Shown here: positions 25,724 to 35,118 of the stretch, in pieces
How positions within the stretch are numbered: position 1 is the stretch's first letter
Layout of the letters: every line of letters begins with the position of its first letter
NCBI GenBank assembly: GCA_002780235.1
Contig: PEVO01000025.1
Span: 305 to 39,139 of the forward strand
Reading direction: 5' to 3'
Origin: Candidatus Berkelbacteria bacterium CG06_land_8_20_14_3_00_43_10
Lineage (GTDB): Bacteria > Patescibacteriota > UBA1384 > GWA2-35-9 > CG2-30-43-20
DNA: 38,835 nucleotides
The notes under the pieces: generated by a model
What the model was told of the DNA's origin: nothing
The model's input: the letters and a program-made list of their open reading frames with translations, nothing else
Databases searched by the model: none
Program-made: the position numbers and the translations under genes

Positions 25724-27874
25724 TTATTCGTGGTTGTTGCCATTTTGCTTAATGCTAAGCCCAACTCTCCCGCGTTCCTTGTCAATCGTTACCACTTTCA
25801 CCTTAACTTTATCTCCGACTTTCAAAACAGACGAAACGGTTTCGATGCGATTTTGTGAGATTTCGCTAATATGCACCATGCCGGTATTTTTGCCACCGAG
25901 GTTGATGATGGCGCCGATCTCGTTACCTTTAAAACGATCTTTGAGGATTTCTTCCACCGTTCCATCGATCACTTCACCGATGGCGAACTCTTTGGTTTGC
26001 CCCTGAATGGCAGCGATCGCACTATCGGCCGCTTCTTTTTTGGGTGACGATACCAACACGGTCCCATCATCTTCGATATCGATACTGATGACCTCTTTAC
26101 CACCCGCATCGTCTACAATCTTGCGAATGTTTTTACCGCCCGGTCCGATAACATCGCCAATTTTGTCGATAGGGATATGCAAGGTGTAGATACGTGGCGC
26201 GTATTGAGATAATTCTGTTCGCGGTTCACCGATAACCGACAGCATTTGTTCCATAATAAACAGCCTACCTTTAAGCGCAGCTGCCAGCGTATCTTTGATG
26301 ATCCCCATGCTTAACCCTTTAATCTTGGTATCAAGTTGTATGGCGGTTATACCGTCTTTGGTCCCCGCGACTTTAAAATCCATATCGCCGGCGAAATCTT
26401 CGAGCCCTTGCAAATCGGTTAACACTTTGTAGTTTTCATAGGGTTTTTCATGATCAGTGATAAGACCCATCGCAATACCACTGACGGGTTTGGTGATAGG
26501 CACACCAGCGTCCATAAGTGCAAGCGTTGATCCGCACGTTGCTGCCATAGAACTGGAGCCGTTGCTCGCTAAAATCTCCGATACCAAACGGATCGTGTAG
26601 GGGAATGATTCACGGTCCGGGATCATGGGTTTGAGCGCGCGTTCTGCAAGTGCGCCGTGACCGATCTCCCGGCGTCCAACACTACGCATTGGTTTGACTT
26701 CGCCGGTAGAAAACGGAGGGAAGTTGTAGTGGTGCATAAAGCGTTTGGTGCCTTCTTCTTCTAGTGTTTCCACGGTCTGTTCGTCGCCCGGGCTCCCCAA
26801 GGTGGCGATGGTAAGTGCCTGTGTTTGACCGCGGGTAAATAGACCGCTCCCATGGGTGCGCGGCAACAGACCAACTTCTATAGACAGGGGGCGCACTTCA
26901 TCTAATTTGCGTCCATCGGGGCGAATATCATGAGATAGAATCAGCTCCCGTATCTCCTTTTCGACTATCTTATTAAACGTTACTTTAAGATCGGTTTGTT
27001 TATACGATCCTTCAAAGTTTTTAAGGACATCTGCTTCAAACGTGGCAATCGCCGTTTTGCGTTTTTCTGGGTCGAGTTCTTTGATCGCGCCTGCAAGTTT
27101 TTTACCGATATATTTTTTCACTTCTTCGTGGATAATATCGGCTTCCGATGCATCGGTAGTAAGCATATCAGTGCGTGCAAAGTTTTTTTGCACCGCTATT
27201 GTCGGTTGCAACCCGGCGAGCGCAAATTCGATCGCCTCGATCATGGTTGCTTCTGGGATCTCTTTTGCGCCGGCTTCTATCATCATCACGGTATCGGTTG
27301 TGCCTGCAACGACTAGATCGAGCGTTGATACATCTAACTGACTTTCTGTTGGGTTTAAGACCATTTTGCCATCGATACAGCCAACACGGGCAGCGCCGAC
27401 CGGACATTCAAACGGTGCGATGGTTTGTGTGAGTGCGGCGGATGCGGCGACAATGGCGATCGTATCGGGGCTGTGCTCTTCGTCATACGACAAAACGGTG
27501 ATGATCACCTGCACATCGTTACGGAATGATTTGGGAAATAAAGGGCGGATAGGGCGGTCGATAAGGCGCGCCGATAAAACTGCATTATCGGTGGGACGAC
27601 CTTCGCGTTTAATAAAGCGTGACCCGCTAATTTTGCCTGCTGCGTAGAGTCGTTCTTCGTAATCAACCATCAGCGGGAAAAAATCGACGCCTTCGCGTGG
27701 TTCTACGCCGACGACTGCGGTTGCCAAAATAACTGTTTCTCCCCAAGAAACGGTGACAGACCCGTCTGCCAACCCTGCGAGTTTACCTGTTTCGAACACT
27801 AACTCGCCGTTTCCAAAATCGGCTTTAAAGACCTTAAGCCCTGAGTCTGTCGAATGGGTTGTATGAGATTTCAT
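25724..27874 (-). CDS. pnp: polyribonucleotide nucleotidyltransferase
   Basis: DFFPLMVDYEE, RLIDRPIRPLF, SNGSSSMA, GDMDFKVAGT; KH and S1 domains. Confidence 0.98.
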   Translation of the reverse strand: MKSHTTHSTDSGLKVFKADFGNGELVFETGKLAGLADGSVTVSWGETVILATAVVGVEPREGVDFFPLMVDYEERLYAAGKISGSRFIKREGRPTDNAVLSARLIDRPIRPLFPKSFRNDVQVIITVLSYDEEHSPDTIAIVAASAALTQTIAPFECPVGAARVGCIDGKMVLNPTESQLDVSTLDLVVAGTTDTVMMIEAGAKEIPEATMIEAIEFALAGLQPTIAVQKNFARTDMLTTDASEADIIHEEVKKYIGKKLAGAIKELDPEKRKTAIATFEADVLKNFEGSYKQTDLKVTFNKIVEKEIRELILSHDIRPDGRKLDEVRPLSIEVGLLPRTHGSGLFTRGQTQALTIATLGSPGDEQTVETLEEEGTKRFMHHYNFPPFSTGEVKPMRSVGRREIGHGALAERALKPMIPDRESFPYTIRLVSEILASNGSSSMAATCGSTLALMDAGVPITKPVSGIAMGLITDHEKPYENYKVLTDLQGLEDFAGDMDFKVAGTKDGITAIQLDTKIKGLSMGIIKDTLAAALKGRLFIMEQMLSVIGEPRTELSQYAPRIYTLHIPIDKIGDVIGPGGKNIRKIVDDAGGKEVISIDIEDDGTVLVSSPKKEAADSAIAAIQGQTKEFAIGEVIDGTVEEILKDRFKGNEIGAIINLGGKNTGMVHISEISQNRIETVSSVLKVGDKVKVKVVTIDKERGRVGLSIKQNGNNHE

Positions 27875-27918
27875 GTGTTCCTTCCTGCCACTCCGTAGCC
27901 TTTGGCGTAGGGTGGTAA

Positions 27919-27987
27919 TTCAGCGTTTGTTTGGCTCGGAACGAGGGAATAACTCACGCTGAAATGTGTTATATCTCTCGTGCCGAG
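27919..27987 (-). promoter_or_regulatory. structured pnp leader
   Basis: long interrupted stem whose loop (UUCAGCGU) is complementary to downstream ACGCUGAA. Confidence 0.55.
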
Positions 27988-27993
27988 ATGGTT

Positions 27994-28066
27994 TGTATTA
28001 AGTACCAAGTATTATGTATTATGCAAAAATTTAAAAATCCTATAATACTAATATCTGATACCTAAC
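27994..28066. repeat. heptamer repeats with inverted arms (GTATTA / TAATAC)
   Basis: read directly from sequence. Confidence 0.7.
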
Positions 28067-28076
28067 TATTGATAAA

Positions 28077-28511
28077 TTATATGGCTAGCTCGTACACTGG
28101 GCTATTGGTCGGATTGTAATCATTGGCCAAATCTTTATCGTTGCTAAGCTCAAGTGTCGCAGAGACAATGCATTTTGCATTTTCTGTTGAATATAAATAT
28201 GGCTTTTTAGTGAGGGGGTCGGAATATGTCTTTGTCTTTTCTGCCGTAGCCAGATCTTCTAGAGATAGAGGACATTTACCGTTCTCAACTTTGTAAATAT
28301 TAATTGAATTGATCAGTGCTTTAACGGTGGCTTTACGAGCGTTATCTCGTGACTCGATTTTGCTAACGGCATTTTGTTTACGGGAAGATTTTAATAATTT
28401 ATTGGGGTAAATTACAAGTTTGTAGGTGAAATACGATACTAAAATCAAAGGTGCTACAATTAATACTGTATTGACGATTGTTAGTAATCTAAAAGTATTA
28501 TTATTTTGCAT
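28077..28511 (-). CDS. membrane-anchored pilin/GspG-like protein
   Basis: single TM, RDNARKATV...INIYKVENGKCPLSLEDL, DPLTKKPYLY; AT-rich. Confidence 0.6.
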   Translation of the reverse strand: MQNNNTFRLLTIVNTVLIVAPLILVSYFTYKLVIYPNKLLKSSRKQNAVSKIESRDNARKATVKALINSINIYKVENGKCPLSLEDLATAEKTKTYSDPLTKKPYLYSTENAKCIVSATLELSNDKDLANDYNPTNSPVYELAI

Positions 28512-28535
28512 TTTTAATTTCTAATATCTAAAATC

Positions 28536-28615
28536 CCATACTACCTAATCCCATACTACCTAATACCTACTACCTAATACCTACTACCTAATACCTAATA
28601 CCTACTACCTAATAC
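28536..28615. repeat. heptamer tandem repeat (TACTACC / TAATACC, about 11 copies)
   Basis: read directly from sequence. Confidence 0.9.
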
Positions 28616-28620
28616 AGGTT

Positions 28621-29118
28621 TTACTTTCTCAGCCCCAAATCTGCTATCAACTTCTGATACTGTGCTTGGTTGTGCTTCAATAGATAATTTAACAGGCGTC
28701 GTCGTTTACCTACCATGATGATCAACCCGCGTTTGGAATCACTGTCTTTGCCGTGTTTTTTGAGGTGTTTTGCAAGCGAATTGATCTTTGCCGTAAACAG
28801 TGCAACTTGCACTTCTGTGGAACCGGTATCGGATGTATTATGCTGATACTTGGTCAAAAGTTCCGCATCTTTGCCTTTGAGTTTAAATGTACCGACCGAC
28901 GCAGTTGGCTTGGCGACTTTTTTCTTTTTTCCAAGTGTTTGAACCACGGGCTTCTCTACTGCATTCTCTTTTTTAAGCACTTCAGCACTTTTCTTTTCTT
29001 TTTTAACAACCTTAACAGGAGCGACTAGCGATTTTGTCGCTTTTTTCACAGGAGTTTTCTCTTTCTTCAGCACTTCAGCACTCTTAGTCTTTTTCGTTTC
29101 GGTCTTTTTTATTGTCAT
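28621..29118 (-). CDS. rpsO: 30S ribosomal protein S15 with a Lys-rich N-terminal extension
   Basis: DTGSTEVQVA, GKRRRLLNYL, LGLRK; start at ATG 29118 below a TTGCGC-17-TATACT promoter. Confidence 0.95.
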   Translation of the reverse strand: MTIKKTETKKTKSAEVLKKEKTPVKKATKSLVAPVKVVKKEKKSAEVLKKENAVEKPVVQTLGKKKKVAKPTASVGTFKLKGKDAELLTKYQHNTSDTGSTEVQVALFTAKINSLAKHLKKHGKDSDSKRGLIIMVGKRRRLLNYLLKHNQAQYQKLIADLGLRK

Positions 29119-29242
29119 AACAACATAGAGTATAGCAAAATATTCTCGTAAGCGCAAGAGTCGAGCATTTTAGATTGACATAATTTCCTTTTTATGGTAG
29201 GATGACGTGTCATTCAATCTGTATTTGTGAGGTGAGGAATAG

Positions 29243-31201
29243 TTGAAAAATCGATCAAAGTTTGAGAACACAGTTGCGTTCATCGTCGTCGCAGGAGCAA
29301 AAGCAGTTTCCTCTGCTGTGATATGGGTCTTTACGACGCTTGTGTTTGATTTGTTTTTGTGCGTCGTGGGACTGTGGTCCATGGGTGTTGGACTGCTCAA
29401 AGGGATGCAAGAGGGGTCACGATACTTCCAGCTCGTCTGGGCGAGTAGTGTTGTCCCCGTATTCAAGCTTAAGTGTGGTCTTGACTTTGGAAAGAAAGTC
29501 ATCCGCGGAAGTATCATCCTTATTGTCGGTCTGGCAGTTGCTGGATGGTATTTTAGAAAACCACTTGCGGACTGGGTCGACGCGGTGTGCAGCTACCGGA
29601 TAACATTTGTCCGGAAACCGCATACGGTGACCAACCTTACCGAACGGGTTATGCGCACAGAAGGTAAAAAGTGGGTTGCACACAACTATTTGCCCTCTCG
29701 CACGCAGTGCCAAACGGCGGATGAGTTAGAGAAGATCATCCGACCCTACGATGGCTACTTTGGCTGGATTGCGCGGACGGTGGATTGGGACATCAATGTT
29801 GTCCGTGCACTTGCACTCATCGAAAGCGGGTGCACGCCAGACGCCGTTGACGGGTCGTTCCTTACTGGTCAGAGTAGCGTGGCGCATGTAGGCATGTTCC
29901 AGCTCTCTGCTGGTGTCTTTGCGCAGTTTTTGCCACAGCAGTTCAACGGCAAGTTGCGAGCGTTAGAGTTGGCACAGTCGCGATCAATTAGGGCGAACCA
30001 TAATGGACGCATCAGCGATAGTGAATACATAGCATCGCTGCGAGCGTTCAAGAAAACTGATCCACGGTGCGCACTTGCACTCAACGCGCTGGCAGGGTGC
30101 AATTTGTGGAAGGCGCACCAAAAGATCGTTGGAGATACCGTCGCGACGGTTCAGGTGCATCACAATGGGCTGGGCAACTACGCCAAACTCGTTGACGCTT
30201 ATGGCGAGTATACGGGCGATTTCCCCGTGTATGGGTATAACAGGTATGCGAATATCTGCAAAACCATACGATCCGGCACCGCAGTATTCACCTACCCAAA
30301 CTTCTGGTATCTGTATCACAGCGACCAGACGTTTAAGGATAAGGTTGATGCACTTGGGCTCCACGACGAAGCGCCAATCTATGCGTTTAAGGTTATGGCG
30401 CTCGCCGATTATCTCGACACGATGATCGGCGACAAACTACTTGTCCCAGCGCTTAGTGACAACGCAATGAACGCAGAGATCGCAAAAGCGCGGAGCGCCA
30501 TCGATACACTTCTGGCGTATAACGATATGCCCGAATGGTTTCGCAATAGGGAACTACCCAAGGAACGCCGTGCGGTGAAGCGCGAGCGCACCATCGCCAA
30601 ACATCTCTACCAGTATCAAGACTGGAAGGACTTGAAGCGGGGACTTGGTGCGGACAAGCTCGTGGCAGTTGCGGACAGACCAGATATAGGTCTTGATTGT
30701 GATGACGGTATGGGTAAGTTGGCAGGAGTCAACCAAACCTACTACCAGAACATTAACCCGCAACTCTGGCGACTTAATTGCACACTTGCCACAGCGTGGC
30801 ACAAAGAAGGTGGTGGGACAATCCACATGACCTCTGCAATACGCACGCTTGCGTATCAATCCCTCATGGGTAACAACTCCTGCGGTCACACAACCGGGCT
30901 CGCCTGCGATCTTGTATTAGAACGTGGCATTCCTGTGTGGCGCTGGGAACAGGGCGAAAAATTCATCCTGTTTTTGCGTGCCCATGCGCGCGAATGGGGA
31001 TACGACTTTTACACAGAGGCGGGCAAGGGGAGCGACACCGGTCGCAACCACATCCACCTATTCATCACAAAACCACAACCACCCAGATTCGGTTTGATCC
31101 CGAATGGGTGGTTTTTTATTTTGACTAACATTCGGGCCTATGTTATACGCTTATTAGTTCGTATTCTGATTTTGGAAGGGATGCACCATGAAAACGGGTA
31201 A
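29243..31201 (+). CDS. membrane-anchored lytic transglycosylase-like plus peptidase M15-like protein
   Basis: RALALIESG, GMFQL, HHNG (SLT-like); SAIRT, GHTTGLACD, HIHL (M15 zinc motifs). The C-terminal ~40 aa read through a terminator. Confidence 0.7.
   Translation: MKNRSKFENTVAFIVVAGAKAVSSAVIWVFTTLVFDLFLCVVGLWSMGVGLLKGMQEGSRYFQLVWASSVVPVFKLKCGLDFGKKVIRGSIILIVGLAVAGWYFRKPLADWVDAVCSYRITFVRKPHTVTNLTERVMRTEGKKWVAHNYLPSRTQCQTADELEKIIRPYDGYFGWIARTVDWDINVVRALALIESGCTPDAVDGSFLTGQSSVAHVGMFQLSAGVFAQFLPQQFNGKLRALELAQSRSIRANHNGRISDSEYIASLRAFKKTDPRCALALNALAGCNLWKAHQKIVGDTVATVQVHHNGLGNYAKLVDAYGEYTGDFPVYGYNRYANICKTIRSGTAVFTYPNFWYLYHSDQTFKDKVDALGLHDEAPIYAFKVMALADYLDTMIGDKLLVPALSDNAMNAEIAKARSAIDTLLAYNDMPEWFRNRELPKERRAVKRERTIAKHLYQYQDWKDLKRGLGADKLVAVADRPDIGLDCDDGMGKLAGVNQTYYQNINPQLWRLNCTLATAWHKEGGGTIHMTSAIRTLAYQSLMGNNSCGHTTGLACDLVLERGIPVWRWEQGEKFILFLRAHAREWGYDFYTEAGKGSDTGRNHIHLFITKPQPPRFGLIPNGWFFILTNIRAYVIRLLVRILILEGMHHENG
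31076..31117 (+). terminator. terminator hairpin (duplicated near 32508)
   Basis: AACCACCCAGATTCGG...CCGAATGGGTGGTTTTTT. Confidence 0.75.
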
Positions 31202-32482
31202 TGAAAATACACCTCTCGTTGCGTTAGGTGTGGCCATCGCTTTAGTTGTGTCAGCGATATATGTGTGTTGGAAACCGGCAGTGCCCTATGTCTTGCCCGG
31301 CTCTAAAGAAGCACGGGTTACCAATCGTGTACAATGCAATCTGGCGCAAAAGGTCAAAAAGATCAACCCATACGCAGCTATTCTCGTCAAAGAATTGGCG
31401 TGGGACCCCAGTCTTGCCCGTGCGTTTATGGTAGAGCTGGGTGGCGACAGATATACTTCTATCGTATCTGGTTTAACAATCGAGAAGATATATTCAACGA
31501 GGGCTTCGGTAACTGGCAGTCAAACGTCGGCATCGCCCAACTCACAACGAACGATGTATTCAATGCATATAACCTAAGCAACGGATCTGCATGCTTGTTT
31601 GACCTTGGTTGGGAGATAGTTGGTCTCGCGAAAGATGTCAAAGATGGACGTCTTTCAATCCAATCGTTCAAACAAATCGGTGAGCAGCAATTGATACCAC
31701 TCGATCCGCGGTTTAACCCCGATATCAGCATGGGGGTGCTTGTCACAATTCTCCGTAACGACGCATCAGATAATCCAGTAAGCACCGCACGTGAGTTTCT
31801 TGATATTCACACAAAGCGCAATACACTCGCCACGACGTTGGACAAGGTAAGACGTTTGTGGGGTAAAGGCACACTACCTCGAGTTGAGTTTGACGCAACT
31901 CTCGTTCGACCAGATCTTGCGATGGCTGTATCCGATATCTATACATTCATGGATCGACCGGATTGGTACGATGGCGAGATCGCGCGACAAAAGGAAGCGG
32001 TTACGCAGGAACAACATCTCTATGCGCATGCCGTGCGATACATGACAGCACGTGACATCCAAAAAGGAATCAACAGAAATGATGTCGTTCCTATAGCAAG
32101 CAAACCAGAAATTGGTCTGGTTGTTGACAAACGTATTGGCGAGTATGACATACCGCATACAAACTTGTACAAAACTCTCAACCCAAAGCTCTGGGAGGGG
32201 TTGCAACAGTTTGCACATGATTGCCACACACAATACGACACCGTGTTCATTATCCGCGAGGCGAACCATTCGGTTATGTACCAAAACAAAATGGGGAGTG
32301 CATCAATCTCCGGACCAACGGGAAAATCGGTCGAGATCCAAGTTGATGGACGCCCGTTTTGGCGATGGGCAAATGCAAAAGAGATCATCAATTACCTACT
32401 GGTAAACAAGAAAAAGTACCATGTAGACTACTATACGGAGAGCCCTCATCGCGATATGCTCCACCTGTTTCTGGTGGAATAG
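31188..32482 (+). pseudogene. frameshifted paralog of the upstream transglycosylase/M15-like gene
   Basis: 31188 frame aligns through WDPSLARAFMVELG; 31334 frame aligns from NVGIAQL to LHLF; frame change at about 31450-31525. Confidence 0.72.
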
Positions 32483-32507
32483 ATTCCACGATATCTTTCC
32501 TGACCAC

Positions 32508-32548
32508 GCAACCATCCAGATTCGGTTTAATCCCGACTGGGTGGTTTT
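32508..32548 (+). terminator. terminator hairpin, paralog of 31076
   Basis: AACCATCCAGATTCGG...CCGACTGGGTGGTTTT. Confidence 0.75.
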
Positions 32549-32656
32549 ATTTAAAAACTGTGAGTTTATGTTGGTTTGTATAACAAAATGTCACGACCGT
32601 GAGTAAATGTTAAATAAAAAGAGATCGCCCCTGCATTGACCCCTGCATAATACTGA

Positions 32657-34063
32657 CTACTTGCTACGTAATACTTTATTAAGCTCCTCTTTGACGATCT
32701 CACGCTCATTCCAAGGTATTAGCTTGTAGCCGTGATCGGCTTTGGGGTCGGCTACCGCCATAACCTCTTCTGCGCCTTTACCGAGGATCAGTACCACATC
32801 ACGTGGCTCGGCAAGTTCCAGCGCTGTGCGGATAGCGAGTCGACGATCTTCGATCAAGAATAATGTTTCATTTAAGACTTTATAGTTTGCGCTTTTTGTC
32901 ATCCCGACTGAAATGGAGGGATCCCTCGGCTTCGCTCGGGATGACACAGGAATTCCTTTTTTAACTTCTTCCATAATTGTCATGGGCGGTTCGTGGTATG
33001 GATCTTCGTTTGTTATGATTACGATGTCCGAGTGCCTGGCGCTAATTGTACCTAAAATTGGGCGTTTGGTTTTATCTCTTGCGCCAGTCGCTCCGTGCAC
33101 GGTAATTACCCTCGCTCTCACGATAGGTGCAATGGCATCAAACACCTTCTCAAACGCATCCGGGGTGTGGGCATAATCAATTATCACGGTAAAGTTTTGC
33201 CCTTCATCGACTTTTTCCATCCGCCCGCGCACCAATTTAATTTCTTCTATTCCATCTCGAATAGTTTCAAGAGCAATGTCGCTTCCGAGCGCAACCCCAA
33301 CCGCGCAGAGCGAATTGCTAATATTAAATTTGCCGGGTAATTGATTATCAATCACAACTTCTCCGATTGGTGTGACGGCGGTAAACATGACTTCTCTTGG
33401 GCTAGCGATGATCTTACGAGTATATAACTCCCCAATCAATCCCGAATTTGAACCCGAATTATCGCGAATACTTTTACTATTTACTGAGTAGAGATACTTT
33501 TTACTTGCTTTTAATTTGGCAAAATCCGGAGCGCTGGGGTCGTCTAAATTAACCACGCTGACCCGCGGGTTATTAACAAACAACAACATTTTGGCATATT
33601 TGTATTCGTTAAAGTTTTTGTGATAGTCCAAATGATCGTGGGTGATGTTGGTAAGCGCGACCGTATCAAACTTAATTCCCCACAGCCGATGTTGTAAAAG
33701 AGCGTGGCTGGTAACCTCAATTATAGCAACTTTGCACCCGGCGTTTTTTGCCTCGCGCAAAAACTTTTGCATGGCAAACGGGCTCATAGTGGTCATTTTA
33801 TTATTGTTTTTTTGCGTTTTGCCGGCAATTTCAAAATCAATGGTTGTCGCCACCGCAGTCTTGTAACCGGCTTTTTTGAAGATGGAGTTGACGAGGTGGG
33901 CAGTAGTGGTTTTGCCATTGGTCCCGGTAATCCCAATCACCTTGATTTTTCGACTCGGCAGTCCATACCAAAACACCGCCAAAATCCCCATCTTCAAATG
34001 ATAGATGTTAAGCATCCAAGCCGGGATGATGGGGCGGAGAAGGTTTTTGATGGTAGTAATCAT
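32657..34063 (-). CDS. murE: UDP-MurNAc-tripeptide synthetase (MurE-type ligase)
   Basis: GITGTNGKTTT, EVTSH, TNITHDHLDYH, DYAHTPDA, GKGAE. Confidence 0.93.
   Translation of the reverse strand: MITTIKNLLRPIIPAWMLNIYHLKMGILAVFWYGLPSRKIKVIGITGTNGKTTTAHLVNSIFKKAGYKTAVATTIDFEIAGKTQKNNNKMTTMSPFAMQKFLREAKNAGCKVAIIEVTSHALLQHRLWGIKFDTVALTNITHDHLDYHKNFNEYKYAKMLLFVNNPRVSVVNLDDPSAPDFAKLKASKKYLYSVNSKSIRDNSGSNSGLIGELYTRKIIASPREVMFTAVTPIGEVVIDNQLPGKFNISNSLCAVGVALGSDIALETIRDGIEEIKLVRGRMEKVDEGQNFTVIIDYAHTPDAFEKVFDAIAPIVRARVITVHGATGARDKTKRPILGTISARHSDIVIITNEDPYHEPPMTIMEEVKKGIPVSSRAKPRDPSISVGMTKSANYKVLNETLFLIEDRRLAIRTALELAEPRDVVLILGKGAEEVMAVADPKADHGYKLIPWNEREIVKEELNKVLRSK
32897..32946. repeat. REP-like palindrome inside murE
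   Basis: TGTCATCCCGA...TCGGGATGACA. Confidence 0.85.
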
Positions 34064-35118
34064 TTTCGTCGTATATTTTCTAACAATTTAAAGATAGTAT
34101 ACCAGAAAGGTCTCATTTTCAAATCATACGAGCCGAGGCGGGCGATGCTTTTGCCACCAAACTGTTGTTTAAAGCGGGTTAAGTTGGCGAATTTGTGATT
34201 AGGTTGATCGGGCGGGGCGATGGCGAGTAGGTCGTAGGTTTGGCAGTTTTGAGTTTTGGCGTATTTCATAACTTCGTAGTGCAAAAGATAAGGCGCCATG
34301 AGTTCTTTGCGCTCCAAGCTGGACCCGCCGTAGAGATAGCTGGCAACGCCGCCGTGGATTAGTGTTATTGAGCCGGCGAGGGGGGTGGAAGTGATAGATT
34401 GCTTCGTCGCAGTGCTCCTCGCAATGACAGAGGGTGGGACCGCAATGACAGAGGGTGGGCTCGTAGTGGCGGGGGTATAGGCAATGCTTAAAATGATTTC
34501 ATCTTTAAAGTTCTCTAACAGTTTTTCGAAATAACTATAACTGCGTCCGCTGATTGATTTGCGATCGGCGGTTTTTTGATAAAGGTCGTAGACTATTTTG
34601 AGTTTTTCCAACGCAGTAGCATCGTCGCCTGTGGTGATTTCTACCCGGACGCCTTTTTTTTGCGCTAAACGAGTATTGTAACGCCCTTTCTCCTTCATAT
34701 TGTGCAAAATATCCGTTTCGCTTTGGGTAAGGTCGATAATTTGGCGGTGTTCCGGCTGGAGTTCCTCGAACGCTTTGACAAAATGGTTTTCTTTGAGTTT
34801 TTGTTTAATTGCCTCGGCATTTCCGCCGTCAACATTATTAAGAATTTCCAACCGCAGGAACATCGGTTTTTTTTCTTTCGCAAATAAAACTAATTTCTCC
34901 AGTAAACTCGAATCATGTATCATTACTTCCGGCACATACATCATCAACTGGTTAATGTATGGCAACTGGCGCGACAAAACAAAAACATCGCCAACAGTGT
35001 CGGCTTTCCACCCAAACGCACTCTTAAAAGTAGCCCAACTTTGAGTTTGGAGGTATGAGGTTTGCGTTTTACTTTCGTTTTCTAATTCTTTATTCATGGT
35101 TTGACTAGTCTCTGTCAT
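34060..35118 (-). CDS. FemABX-family peptidoglycan bridge aminoacyltransferase
   Basis: YLQTQSWATFK, KGRYNTRLAQKKGV, YLYGGS, FKQQFGG; true start may be 35097. Confidence 0.9.
   Translation of the reverse strand: MTETSQTMNKELENESKTQTSYLQTQSWATFKSAFGWKADTVGDVFVLSRQLPYINQLMMYVPEVMIHDSSLLEKLVLFAKEKKPMFLRLEILNNVDGGNAEAIKQKLKENHFVKAFEELQPEHRQIIDLTQSETDILHNMKEKGRYNTRLAQKKGVRVEITTGDDATALEKLKIVYDLYQKTADRKSISGRSYSYFEKLLENFKDEIILSIAYTPATTSPPSVIAVPPSVIARSTATKQSITSTPLAGSITLIHGGVASYLYGGSSLERKELMAPYLLHYEVMKYAKTQNCQTYDLLAIAPPDQPNHKFANLTRFKQQFGGKSIARLGSYDLKMRPFWYTIFKLLENIRRK
34396..34463. repeat. REP-like palindromic element inside the Fem transferase gene
   Basis: AGATTGCTTCG...CTCGCAATGACA with a duplicated CGCAATGACAGAGGGTGGG; same family as 35289-35336. 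Confidence 0.85.

Noticed and set aside
28536..28615. Repeat tracts (also 9028-9125) as CRISPR arrays
   Set aside because: Units are 7-9 nt with no unique spacers, and there are no cas genes.
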